A stretch of DNA of 64,000 nt from Octopus sinensis (GCF_006345805.1 NC_043022.1:6820001-6884000), one strand, 5' to 3'; shown: positions 23,395-35,589, counted from the first letter of the stretch. Numbers and translations: made by a program. The notes: generated by a model from the letters alone, not told the origin.

Positions 23395-23410
23395 CCTACC
23401 TATCTACCTA
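23126..23410. repeat. (TCTA)n/(CCTA)n tetranucleotide microsatellite
   Basis: Directly visible. Confidence 0.95.
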
Positions 23411-23701
23411 CCTACCTACCTACATACCTGCCTACCTACCTGCCTATCTACCTGTATGTGTGTCTGTTTGTCTGTCTGTGTATATATATTTCTTCAAAGC
23501 ATTTCCACCCCTCTCCTGTTGTTGTTTTGATTAATTATTATTTGCTGTTGTTGGAGTGGGTGTGAGGTGGGAATGGCAATCAGGTGCGACTTGGTTACAA
23601 ATTTCCTAGAAAGAGCGCTTCCGTGTTGACTTAGGGCACGCGTGTGTGTATATGTATACATACATAAACTTAGTGTGTATGTATATGCGCGCGTGTATAG
23701 A

Positions 23702-23747
<46 letters not shown>

Positions 23748-24699
23748 TATATGAAACTGGTTACTGTCAATAAAAAGAAAGTAATCTGTTGCGTATGACG
23801 TATGTATACAGTGTGGGTACATAAAACAATCTTCTCTGTGTATTACATTTGTGAACTGTGTGTGTATGTATGTATAAATGTGTGTGTGTGTGTTTTATAC
23901 TTGTCCGATTTTGTCTCCGTGATGAAACTTTAACTCAGCAAAAAGGAAATCTTTAAAGTCTGATTGTGTAATGTCTATATAATGTGTTTAAATATCTGTG
24001 TGTGTGTGTGTGTTTATATGTGTGGGTATGTGGGTGTAGTAGGGCTGGAGACTGTGTGTGTGTGTGTGGTTGAGAGATGGAGAGAGAGAAAGAGAGATGC
24101 CGATACAATGTGTGTGAGAGAGAGAAGGGCGGTGGTGGTTAGATATGGTTGAGAGAAAGAGAGATTATTAAGCAACTTAGTTTTCTGTCATCTGTCAGTG
24201 AGTGAGATAAAAGATTAACTCGTTACTGTTATGAAGTTGTTGTTTAGCCCTGGAAGAAAGAGGATCCAGGTAGACAGAGCTTTGATCAAATCATTCCAGC
24301 CATGACCATCGTGTCATGTCCCGTGCGGGCGGCCTTCTAGTTTTTAAAGACAATGTACATGTATGAGTTGAGGGGGATTTTGGTTAGTGTTTAGCAGGTT
24401 GTGATATGGAGAGAAATTGAGTCATAAGGCTAACCCAAGATCGTTAATAAGTCTAAAACTATTACTGGTTCGAACCCAGCAAACAGCACACGTGCCTCTC
24501 CCCCACCTCCTTACAGTCTAATCGGCTGCCCCCCCCCCCCAAATTTCGAGCCTTAAACCTAGAATAGAAAAGCATGTGTATATATGTGTGTATATATATA
24601 TATATATATGCATGCATGTCGAAAATCAGTCAGTATATTCTAAACTGAACTTTTCTAACGCAAGGACGTATTCCCGAAACAACGTGTTTGAGTTAAGAA

Positions 24700-24810
24700 A
24701 TTCACTTCTCAACCGCTTGGTTCTAGGTTCGGTCCCACTGCTTGGCACCTTGGGCAAAAGTCTTCGACTATAACACTAGATCGACAGAAGCCTTGTGAAT
24801 ATGGCTCTCT
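24700..24810 (+). mobile_element. SINE family A fragment (diverged)
   Basis: ggttctaggttcggtcccactgcttggcaccttgggcaa matches the family A head and body seen at 46655. Confidence 0.7.
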
Positions 24811-25384
24811 TAGCAATATCATATATCCTCGGGCAATTTAATGCACGGGCTGGTATAGTATTTATTGATAGCAAACCACCACATTGTTCAGAATCGGGAC
24901 CCCTAGATCAGCGAGACCCTTAGTGTGCCCATGCCTTAAGACAGCATTGCTGTAAGTGAATTTGGAAGATGGAAACTGTAAGAAACTGTGTGTGTGTATT
25001 TCGAGGCGAAGTATCAGTGCACAGCATCAGAATTTTCGACTTTAGTCAAATATAACAAACTTTTGCAAATCGTTGTTAAAGTCGTTGCTTAAATGGAGCT
25101 TTGATCCGGTTTGTTTGCTCTGGCATCGAGTTGTATTAATTGTCATAATGACGTCGAACTAAAAAGTGATAGTCTGAAATCGTTTGATGATGCAGGACGT
25201 TTCAGATCTGTGTAAGATTCCATGGGAAATGCGTGCAATAATAATGTAAGACCGTTTTCCTCAGTTGAAACATTTCAAAAATAGGAAGAAATTCTTGGAC
25301 AAATTTGTGGCATTACATTTACTCCATGATTAACAATCGTTTCAACAACATGCGGACGACAAATTATATATAACTATATATGTG

Positions 25385-25568
25385 TAAGCACCCACTACAC
25401 TCACGGAGTGGTTGGCGTTAGGAAGGGCATCCAGCTGTAGAAACACTGCCAGATAAGACTGGAGCCTGGTGCAGCCTTCTGGCTTCCCAGATCCCCGGTC
25501 GAACCGTCCAACCCATGCTAGCATGGAGAACGGACGTTAAACGACGACGACGATGATGATGATGATGA
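25385..25568 (+). mobile_element. RTE 3' end with (GAC/GAT)n tail
   Basis: gcacccactacactc..ggaagggcatccagc..ccaacccatgctagcatgg..aaacgacgacgacgatgatgat, the same 3' UTR as 27195-27360 (minus). Confidence 0.9.
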
Positions 25569-25577
25569 TATATTTAT

Positions 25578-25782
25578 AAAAGGAAATGAAGAAAATGCTG
25601 ACAAAATAATTTAAGTAATTTAATTAGGTGAAAGTTCTTTTTACCGGTTGCGCATTTGTTATGCTTATCAAAAGTTTTTTCCTCTTATCTGATAAGCATA
25701 ACAAATGCGCAACCGGTAAAAAGAACTTTCACCTAATTAAATTACTTAAATTATTTTGTCAGCATTTTCTTCATTTCCTTTT
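25578..25782. repeat. Perfect 93-bp inverted repeat with a 19-nt spacer, each arm carrying a hammerhead-like motif
   Basis: 25578-25670 is the exact reverse complement of 25690-25782 by manual comparison. Confidence 0.93.
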
Positions 25783-25816
25783 TTATATATCACAACTCGT
25801 GTTCCACATCTCCTTT

Positions 25817-25859
<43 letters not shown>

Positions 25860-26409
25860 TCGTTGGCAATTTTCTAAACTCCATCTTCCTTCCTTTCTAT
25901 TGAACTTTCCACTGTTTCTGAATAAGTGCATTGCCTGAAACGTTAAACCATCTTTCTTGCCTTCCCCAAGCGTCTGCTCCTACTTCACATGTACCACATC
26001 CTCACGTTGTTATTTAATTTTTTGTGTTTGTTCTTTTTTGATATTTACTATATATATATATATGGGTACAGGGCGTCACCAACTGTGTAAACAACATGAA
26101 GTATGAAAACAAACAAGTTAACTATGCAAACAGTGAGAGAAAAAATGGAAAATGCGACAAGTAAGCGTAGAGAACAACCCTTTATCATTTGTCGGCTATC
26201 TATGTACTCCTCATTTCGAGCATTCAATGACAATATGAGTCTTCAAAGATAGTTGCTCCCATAAATTCCAGAATAAAATTTAGGATTTATGGAGGGTCAA
26301 AGTTGGGAACAAAAACAGGACAGTGGGGATATGAAGGGGTAACCGAACGAAAACAAACATGGAGGGTCGTTAGACCAGAATGAGAGGAAAGTAGTGAATG
26401 CTGGGAATG

Positions 26410-26512
26410 GCAATGTATGTATATATGTATGTGTAATAGTATGTATGTATGTATATATATAATATATATATATATATGTATATATATAATATATATATAT
26501 ATATATGTATAT

Positions 26513-26548
<36 letters not shown>

Positions 26549-26553
26549 TTTAT

Positions 26554-26614
<61 letters not shown>

Positions 26615-26704
26615 GTATTATATATATTATATATATGTATTATATATATATGTATATATAGATCTATATATATGTATATATATATATGTATATATATATA
26701 TGTA

Positions 26705-26768
<64 letters not shown>

Positions 26769-26806
26769 GTATATAATATATGTATATATATGTATATATA
26801 TATATG

Positions 26807-26855
<49 letters not shown>

Positions 26856-26900
26856 ATGTATATATATATATGTATATATATATATGTATGTATATATATG

Positions 26901-26940
<40 letters not shown>

Positions 26941-26944
26941 TATG

Positions 26945-26979
<35 letters not shown>

Positions 26980-27118
26980 GTATGTATAATATGTATGTAT
27001 ATATATGTATGATATATATGTATATATATATATGTATATATTATATATGTATATAATATAGTATATATATGTATGTGTATATATGTATGTGTATATATGT
27101 ATGTGTATATATAGTATG

Positions 27119-27155
<37 letters not shown>

Positions 27156-27156
27156 G

Positions 27157-27191
<35 letters not shown>

Positions 27192-27194
27192 GTA
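26410..27194. repeat. (TA)n/(TATG)n microsatellite, left flank of the RTE insertion
   Basis: Directly visible. Confidence 0.95.
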
Positions 27195-29300
27195 TCATCA
27201 TCATCTAGCGTCCGTTTTCCATGCTAGCATGGGTTGGACGGTTCTACTGGGGTCTGTGAAGCCAGAAGACTTCATCAGGCCCAGTCAAATCTGGCAGTGT
27301 TTCTACGGCTGGATGCCCTTCCTAACGCCAACCACTCCGTGAGTGTAGTGGGTGCTTTTTACGTGCCACCCGCACTGGTGCCAGACAGGGCTGGCAAACG
27401 GCCACGAACGGATGGTGCTTTTTATGTGCCACCGGCACGAGGGCCAGGCGAGGCTGGCAACGGACACGAAACGGGGCGGTGCTGGCAACGGTCGCGAAAC
27501 GGAAAGTTCTCTTACATGCCACCGGCACTGGTAACACATCTGCAATTTCATTGATCGATTTCGATTCTGATCCTCACTTGCCTCAATGGGTCTTCACAAG
27601 CAGAGTTTTGACATGCCACCGGCACTGGTAGCACATCCGCAATTTCCATTGATCGATTTCGATTCTGATCCTCACTTGCCTCAACACGTCTTCACAAGTA
27701 GAGTTTTGTGTCCCAAGAGGGAAGGTATGCATACGTAGGCTGGCTCCATCCATGTAGAAGGCCACGGTTGTGGACTCACTTGTCCTGCCGGGTCTTCTCG
27801 CGCACAGCACACTTCCAGAGGTCTCGGTCTCTAGTCATTTCCTCAGTGAGACCTAAAGTTCGAAGGTCGTGCTTCACCACCTCGTCCAGGTTTTCCTGGG
27901 TCTGCCTCTTCCACAGGTTCCCTCAACCGCTAGGGTGTGGCACTTTTTCACACAACTATCTTCATCCATTCTCGCCACATGACCATACCAGCGCAAACGT
28001 CTCTCTTGCACACCACAACTGATGCTTCTTGGGTCCAGCTTTTCTCTCAAGGTACTTACACTCTGCCGAGTGTGAGTACCGGCATTACACATCCATCGGA
28101 GCATACTGGCTTCATTTCTAGCGAGCTTACGCATATCCTCAGCAGTCACGGCCCATGTTTCACTGCCATGTAGCATGGCTGTTTGTACACACGCATCATA
28201 CAGTCTGCCTTTCACTCTGTGCGAGAGGCCTTTTGTCACCAGCAGAGGTAAGAGCTCTCTGAACTTTGCCCAAGCTATTCTTACTCTAGCAGTTACACTT
28301 TCAGCACACCCGCCCCCGCTGCTGACTTGGTCACCTAGGTAACGGAAACTATCAACTATTTCTAGTTTTTCTCCCTGGAAAGTGACGGAAGTTGGTCTCA
28401 GAGCATTTTCAGTGTTTATTGTTCCTGAGCATCTGCCACATACAAAAACCATCTTCCTAGTTAGCCTTCCTTTGACATTGCTGCATCTCTTATGTGTCCA
28501 TAGCTTACACTTGGTGCATCTTATAGAGTTTCTACCTACACCTTTTCTACAGATCGAGCAGGGCCATCTACCTGAAGGTGTTTGTGATTTGTCTACCTTC
28601 CTACTGATTACGACTTTGGTTTTAGCTAGATTGACTCTGAGGCCCTTCGATTCTAATCCTTGTTTCCACACCTGAAACTTCTCCTCCAGTTCTGATAGCG
28701 ACTCAGCAATTAGAGCAAGGTCATCAGCATAGAGGAGCTCCCAAGGGCATCCTGTCTTGAATTCCTCCGTTATTGCCTGGAGGACTATGATAAATAGGAG
28801 GGGGCTGAGTACTGAGCCTTGGTGGACCCCTACCTCTACCCGGAATTCTTCACTGTACTCATTTCCAACCCTCACCCTACTAGCGGCGTCCCTATACATG
28901 GCCCGCACAGCTCTCACTAACCATTCATCTATCCCTAGTTTTCTCATTGCCCACCAGATAAGGGATCGGGGGACCCTGTCGAAGGCTTTCTCCATGTCAA
29001 CAAAAGCCAGGTACAGGGGCTTATCTTTGGCTAGGTATTTCTCTCTGCAGCTGCCTTACCAGGAATATAGCATCAGTAGTACTTTTCCCTGGCACAAACC
29101 CAAACTGCATCTCATCTAAACTAACTCTCTCTCTAATTAGTTGGGCTATGACCCTCTCCGTAACCTTCATCACTGGTCCAACAGCTTGATACCTCTGTAG
29201 TTATTTGTATCTAGGGCATCACCTTACCTTTGTAGCAGTTGACTATTATACTGCTACACAGTCATTGGGTATGACCCCTTTGTGTATCACCTGATTAACT
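27195..29300 (-). mobile_element. 5'-truncated RTE-clade LINE (~2.1 kb) inserted into a (TA)n tract
   Basis: RT ORF 27874..28995 and a 3' UTR with ~62-bp repeats and a 97-bp tandem duplication (27515 and 27612). It ends in a (CAT)n tail at 27195. A possible TSD atatatatgta lies at 27184-27194 and 29301-29311 (weak, since it is inside microsatellite). Confidence 0.95.
27776..29290 (-). pseudogene. RTE ORF (RT domain with internal PHD-type zinc finger), frameshifted
   Basis: DMEKAFDRVP, GVHQGSVLSPLLF, LYADDL, KTKV, C4HC3 finger at 28429-28560, FRYLG, RLRWYGHV, GRGRPRKTW. A 1-nt loss near 27885 diverts the frame from DEVVKHDL..QDK* (stop 27776-27778). Further frameshifts occur upstream of 28995. 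Confidence 0.92.
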
Positions 29301-29520
29301 ATATATATGTAATATATATATGTATATATGTAATATATATATATTATGTATATATATGTATATATTATATATATATATTATGTATATTATATATATAATG
29401 TATATATATATATGTATATATATATGTACTTATATATATATATGTATATATATATATATGTATAAATATATATTGTATATATATATATGTATAAATATAT
29501 ATATGTATATATATATATAG

Positions 29521-29553
<33 letters not shown>

Positions 29554-29610
29554 TATATATCTTATAAAAGGCAGATTTTCTTATATATATATATATATAT
29601 ATATATACTG
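29301..29610. repeat. (TA)n microsatellite, right flank of the RTE insertion
   Basis: Directly visible. Confidence 0.95.
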
Positions 29611-29808
29611 TTTTGTCGGGGCGAGTGATTTTCTTTTTGTGCCTTATAATTTAACATTGCTCACCAGTAAAATTTCCATTTATTCCTTATTTTTAATTTC
29701 TTAAAATTTTCGTTGCGTCTTGCAACTTTTCAATAGTCTTGACTCTTGAGTCAAATCTGTAGGGGTTTTTTTTGGAGAACCTTTAACGAAGAGAAAGGAA
29801 TTAATAAC

Positions 29809-29900
29809 TCATCATCATCATTGTTCGACCGTGGTCGAGACAATGGAATTTACCATGCTACGCCAGACTTCACGGTCCATCATGGCATTACGGAGGTCCT
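29809..29900 (-). mobile_element. 3' end of a second RTE-like family with (GAT)n tail; second copy at 52795-52883 (+)
   Basis: ggacctccgtaatgccatgatggaccgtgaagtctggcgtagcatggtaaattccattgtc is shared by both loci and translates DLRNAMMDREVWRSMVNSIV. Confidence 0.75.
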
Positions 29901-30005
29901 GTTGCTGGATGCCTGTATCCCTGGAGATTAATAACTAGCAAAGATCCATGTTGTTCATATGGAAAAGAAATTGTAGAAACTCCATAAAGGGTTCATAGAG
30001 TAACT

Positions 30006-30257
30006 CAGGGGTTCTCAGTCATATTTTATCTATGGACCCCTTTGATCCCTGTTCTACTCATTTGGACCCTAAAAACCATGTTTAAAAAATTCCTATTATA
30101 TTTGCATAATTAAATATTATTAGGAATTGTATAAAAAAATTGTTAGAATGTCTTTTGTGTTTTGTGGAAATGTAACCTCTTGGTTATGCCTAAACTTTAA
30201 CAACAAAATCTTAAATGGATGCTGAAGGGTCATGTAGACCCCGGTTGAGAACCACAG
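30006..30257. mobile_element. Probable hAT-type MITE (diverged)
   Basis: Ends caggggttctca / ttgagaaccacag resemble CAG(G/T)GGTTCTCAAC hAT TIRs. No TSD confirmed. Confidence 0.5.
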
Positions 30258-30544
30258 GTGTAGAATGTTGCTCCACAAGAGGGGTTGGGTGGAATGAATG
30301 GTTAGGGAAGGTAGGGGTACAGGAGTACTCAGATATATGAGTACAGATGAAATAGATACTTTACAATAACACACAGGAGAGACTCCCGTACCCTTTATTT
30401 ACCCAGGTGACATAATTAGCGGCAGGGGTGGGGATCAGTTTAGAAAGCAGAGGAACCAGAATTAGAATGGGGTGGAAAAATCGAGGGAATTACTTCCTCT
30501 GCAGTCAACAAAATGAAAGGTAAATTTTGTGATGTTAGATATTA

Positions 30545-30662
30545 AGGGGAGGTGGTCATGGAATGGAGAGATGCTTTGGGAAGGATTGAAAGCTTATGAA
30601 GCAAGCCTACTGCACTGGATGTGCAATGTTAGTGCACACAAACGATGAGGTATCAACACCTG
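30545..30662 (+). mobile_element. Old RTE ORF fragment
   Basis: Translates YEASLLHWMCNVSAH, matching NEASMLRWMCNAGTH of the 27.8-29.0 kb ORF. Confidence 0.65.
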
Positions 30663-30701
30663 GGACTTGTAAAAATGTCTGAAGAATTGGCTCTGGATAC
30701 C

Positions 30702-30932
30702 TATTTCTTTATTACCCACAAGGGGCTAAACACAGAGGGGACAAACAAGGACAGACATAGGTATTAAGTCGATTACATCGCCCCCAGTGCGTAACTGGTA
30801 CTTAATTTATCGGCCCCGAAAGGATGAAAGGCAAAGTCGACCTCGGCGGAATTTGAACTCACAACGTAACGGCAGACGAAATACCACTAAGCATTTCGCC
30901 CGGCGTGCTAACGTTTCTGCCAGCTCGCCGCC
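30702..30932 (-). mobile_element. tRNA-derived SINE, family B, full length, with 15-bp TSD TTGGCTCTGGATACC
   Basis: Minus-strand head GGCGGCGAGCTGGCAGAAACG..GAGTTCAAATTCC (B box) and 3' end ..gtgggtAATAAAGAAATA. The TSD is at 30687-30701 and 30933-30947. Confidence 0.9.
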
Positions 30933-31083
30933 TTGGCTCTGGATACCATTGTGTTGGTAGTGTTTGTGTTTCGTTACCCCAGACCACCAGCAAAACGTCC
31001 CTTAGCCATTCAGAGCTCTCAGTCCCCACCCCCACTACATCGTAGAAACAACAACATTTCCAATAGTGTTAGATTAAGACTGA

Positions 31084-31445
31084 AAACTTGCTAACCAACC
31101 ACATGGTTCCGGGTTCAGTCCCACTGCGTGGCACCTTGGGCAAGTGTCTTCTGCTATAGCCCCGGGCCGACCAATGCCTTGTGAGTGGATTTGGTAGACG
31201 GAAACTGGAAGAAACCCGTCGTATATATGTGTGTTTGTGTGTCTGTGTTTGTCCCCCTAGCATTGCTTGACAACCGATGCTGGTGTGTTTACGCCCCCGT
31301 CACTTAGCGGTTCGGCAAAAAGAGACCGATAGAATAAGTACTGGGCTTACAAAGAATAAGTCCCGGGGTCGATTTGCTCGACTAAAGGCGGTGTTCCAGC
31401 ATGGCCGCAGTCAAATGACTGAAACAAGTAAAAGAGTAAAGAGTA
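31084..31445 (+). mobile_element. SINE family A, 5'-truncated
   Basis: Matches 46655-47076 including the GTAAAAGA-repeat tail. Confidence 0.9.
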
Positions 31446-31629
31446 TTATAGATAGGTGAAGTCTCCTAAGTTTTGTGGAAATGGCCCAGCCAGGAAGGTG
31501 TGCAGTCACCCAACAATGCTCCAATATTCTATGTAAAGATGAATGGAAGAGACGTAAACGTCACAAAGCCCTTTTGCTGGAAACCCAAAGAAGGGTCAAC
31601 AATTTTGACACAAAGTAGAGTGTGTGTAT

Positions 31630-32016
31630 TCTTTTATTCATTTACTTGTTTCAATCATTTGACTGTGGCCATGCTGGAACACTGCCTTTTAGTTGAACAA
31701 ATCGACCCCAGGACTTATTCTTTGTAAACCTAGTACTTATTCTATTGGTCTATTTTGCCGAACCGCTAAGTGACAGGGACGTAAACACACCAACATTGCT
31801 TGTCAAGCGATGGTGGGGGTACAAACACAGACAGACACACACAAACACACTCATTTATATACGACGAGCTTCTTTTCAGTTTCCGTCTACCAAATCCACT
31901 GACAAGGCTTTGGATGGCCCGAGGTTATAGCAGAAGACACTTGCCTAAGGTTTCACGCAGTAGGACTGAACCAGAACCATGTAAGCAAGCTACTTACCAC
32001 ACAGCCACTCCTGCAC
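31630..32016 (-). mobile_element. SINE family A, diverged
   Basis: Ends acagccactcctgcac (reverse complement of the family A head). Confidence 0.88.
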
Positions 32017-32115
32017 CTAATATATATATATATATGTTATATAAGTGTGTGTGTGTGAGTATATATATACACACACACACACACGTATATATGCTGTGCT
32101 CATGTACACAGCCGG

Positions 32116-32146
<31 letters not shown>

Positions 32147-32239
32147 ACTTACCCCACCCGGTCTTCAGTTCACTGACCTGCCATAAACTCTCACCCACCC
32201 ATTCACCCATCACCTCTGACCCTTGGCTGCTGTGTTCAT

Positions 32240-32560
32240 CCAATCACTCATCTATCATCAGTCTCTTAAACACAATAACTACCATCACCTTTTATCATCA
32301 CCACCACCACCACCACCACCACCATCACCTCCATCATCATCATCATCTCAACCACCACCACCACCACCACCACCACCACCATCACCACCATCACCTCCAT
32401 CATCATCATCATCTCAACCACCACCACCACCACCACCACCACCACCATCACCACCACCACCACCATCACCTCCATCATCATCATCATCATCTCAACCACC
32501 ACCACCACCATCATCATAATCATCACTACCATCATCACCATTATCATGTTACTCATCAGT
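32240..32560. repeat. (CAC)n/(CAT)n compound trinucleotide repeat with an internally repeated module
   Basis: Directly visible; source of the poly-Pro and poly-Val/Met ORFs. Confidence 0.9.
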
Positions 32561-33242
32561 TTAATTCAGTTTTCATCATATTCTACAAACTTCCCATTCC
32601 AACAGGTGGTGACCATCACCAAAGATTGTAATATATTTTCATATTAAATACCCCCCCCCCCCAGTGATCTGTCATCTCTCATCAGTGGATGTTTTCTTTT
32701 CTTTTTCATTTTAAAGATCTTTCCTGCATCATATAGATTCCTGGGGCCAGTTTCTCAGTTTCTGTGGCACATACATTAGCCCCTGGATGGGACGCTAGTC
32801 CATTGCAGGGTCAGGGAGTGTGGTGTGCTAATAACATTGCTTTTTGGTATCTGTGGAGTAGGGGGGGGAGACACATATGCCTTCTCTGATGTTCTCACTC
32901 GAGACCCAGGGACCCATCAAGGATGTGACTGCTGGAAGGGAGAGGGAGGGAAAGGGAGATGCACCCAGTGCCCTGCTGGTACTCATTTACAGATGATCTA
33001 ACTGCTGGTTGGGGGAGATGTGAAAATGAAGTGTCTTGCTCAAGGAATCACTGTGCTGCTTGGTCCAGGAACATTTAACCCCCTACGCTGTGCACCTTTG
33101 TATTTACTATGGGTACACACACACACACACACATGTATACATACACTCACATGCATTTATATATACATACATGCATACATGTATATTTGTAAACATGTAC
33201 ATGTGTGTTTATATACACACACACATATACATATATGCATGT

Positions 33243-33273
<31 letters not shown>

Positions 33274-33320
33274 TTTTTTTTTCCTCCGTGTTCCCTTCTC
33301 TGAATCTTTCCTTTTCCTAT

Positions 33321-33354
33321 GTTTCTGACAAGAGCTCCGCTCGAAACGTTAAAC
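33321..33354 (+). ncRNA. Degenerate minimal hammerhead-like motif in a Penelope-type terminal repeat fragment (~33290-33460)
   Basis: gttt-CTGACAA-GAGC-tcc-GCTC-GAAA-CG-TT-aaac: stems I and II pair and stem III is the palindrome AACGTT, but the core has G8>A. Confidence 0.5.
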
Positions 33355-33471
33355 CCTCCTCCTTCCCTTCCTTCCTGAGCGTCCAATATACTATATTGGT
33401 TCCACGTCCTGCGTTGTGGTGTTTCATGTTTGGATTAACTTTATATATATAATATATATATATAAAATATA

Positions 33472-33753
33472 TTAGAGACAAAACCACTATTTTGCAAAAC
33501 AAACAAGGAAAGACTTAATCAATACATAAAATTTTAATAAATAGTCAAAAAAACCGCCACTACAATCGTTTTGTCTTGACGACAATCTTCAGGTGGACTT
33601 CCAATAATTGAAACTGACTTATTGGAAGTCCACCTGAGATTGTCGATCAAGACAAGAAACGATTGTAGTGGCGGTTTTTTTTGACATTTATTAAAATTTA
33701 TGTATTGATTAAGTCTTCCTTGTTTGTTTGCAAAATAGTGGTTTTGTCTCTAA
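33472..33753. repeat. ~135-bp near-perfect inverted repeat with an 11-nt spacer, each arm carrying a hammerhead-like motif
   Basis: 33472-33607 versus 33619-33753 differ by only a few small indels. Confidence 0.93.
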
Positions 33754-34169
33754 TAATATTTTATAATATTTTACTATAAAATTGGATTTAATCCTAAATC
33801 TGATTTTTTCCCTGTAAATTTGGATTTATTCCATAATATTTATTATTAGATATATATAATATTATATATATATATATATAATATTATAATATATATATAT
33901 ATATTATAATATACACCACACACTATACATGCATGTGGTCAGAGCACTGGGCTCACAGTCATGAAGTAATAAGTTTGATTCCCAGACCGGGCTTTGTCTT
34001 GTAATTAGTTCATTCTAATTAACCATAAGAATTTATCTATCTGTCTGTCTATGTATTTGTCTATCTACCTATCTATCAATGAATTAATTAATCAACATTT
34101 AGCAGAAGCAACAGAGTGACTCAAAGGTCAAGAGTTTCATGCATTAGCACCTACCAAAATCTTGTACCT

Positions 34170-34441
34170 ATATTTCCAGTGCCGCCTCGACTGGCTTCCG
34201 TGCAGGTTGCACGTAAAATGCTCCAATCTGACCGTGGCCGATGCCAACCTCGCCTGGCACCAGTGCAGGTGGCATGTAAAAAGCACCCACTACACTCATG
34301 GAGTGGTTGGCGTTAGGAAGGGCATCCAGCTGTAGAAACATAGCCAGATAAGACCGGAGCCTGGTGCAGCCTTCTGGCTTCCCAGATCCCCGGTCGAACC
34401 GTCCAACCCATGCTAGCATGGAGAACGGACGATGATGATAT
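34170..34441 (+). mobile_element. RTE 3' end with (GAT)n tail
   Basis: ggcatgtaaaaagcacccactacac..ccatgctagcatgg..gatgatgat. Confidence 0.88.
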
Positions 34442-35282
34442 TCTGATATTTTACTTTGGCATGGTGACACTTATCACCTGGTATTAGAATTCCATAACCA
34501 TTTCTTTCAGAACAAACCATTGGTTGAGAACAGAGCAGTAATAAGGAATATGAATGACAAAGGAATACAAAATTTTCTTATGAACTTCATTATTTCTGAT
34601 TATCATTCTGATTTCTTCTAGATTTTTATATTTATAGATTATAAATTTAATGTACAATATGGGTTTATGTAATGCGGTGGACCAGGACATACACACCACA
34701 TAGTAAATCAATACGTAGTGTGAGTGTGATGTAGAATCCCTATGCTGTTGAAGCCCAGTAAGTCAGTAAATCCAATCAGTAATTATTTCGTGTGGAGCAT
34801 ATGGAATAGAAAGGAAGTTCATAGGTTGGTAATCGTTTCGCAGCCAACAACATGGCAAAATAATTTATTTTAGAGTACAATAAATCATTTTACATATTTA
34901 CACTACTATGTATGCTATAAATTGTATGGTACAAATCAGTGCCGATATAGAAGGCGAGCTCTTCAGATTGGTAGAATATCATGGTTACATCAATTTTTCA
35001 ACTCTATTATATAGTTCATATGTGGTGGTTTAAGAAAGTATGTGATTGGGTATTATCTGGTAGTTGATAATTGATTTAGATGTATTTCTCCATTTTCTTA
35101 TTTTGTATTATTAATTTGTGGTAAAACATTTTACCTTTGCCCATAAAATACAGTAAATGAATTAATTGCATCGCAATTCTTAACATTTATGTATTAACTT
35201 TGTTGGGTACTTCACTAGCAGTATATTGGATATATGTTATCCTATGGAAGGTTGCATTTACAACCCCTATCTCAATTTGTAC

Positions 35283-35314
<32 letters not shown>

Positions 35315-35589
35315 ATGTATGTATGTATGTATATATATATGTATATATAATCCTAACATTAGCGATTGCTTTAAGAAATATTGAGTTAGTTTGAGAGACC
35401 AGTTAGGGTACGTTCTTGGTTCCTGTATATCTGTTGTGTTTACACGGATGTGTGCGTGTATATAAATATATATTTATGGGTTTGATGATGCAAACAAGAA
35501 AATAGAACTCAAAACATGAGTGTGTATAGTTTTTCTTCTTTTTATTAAAAACCGGTAGAAGTTGTGGAGATTCGAGGGCCAAGGAGTTT

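Noticed and set aside
24990-25340. Possible mariner transposase remnant (SDYH-like codons, minus strand)
   Set aside because: The similarity is too short and too interrupted to support.
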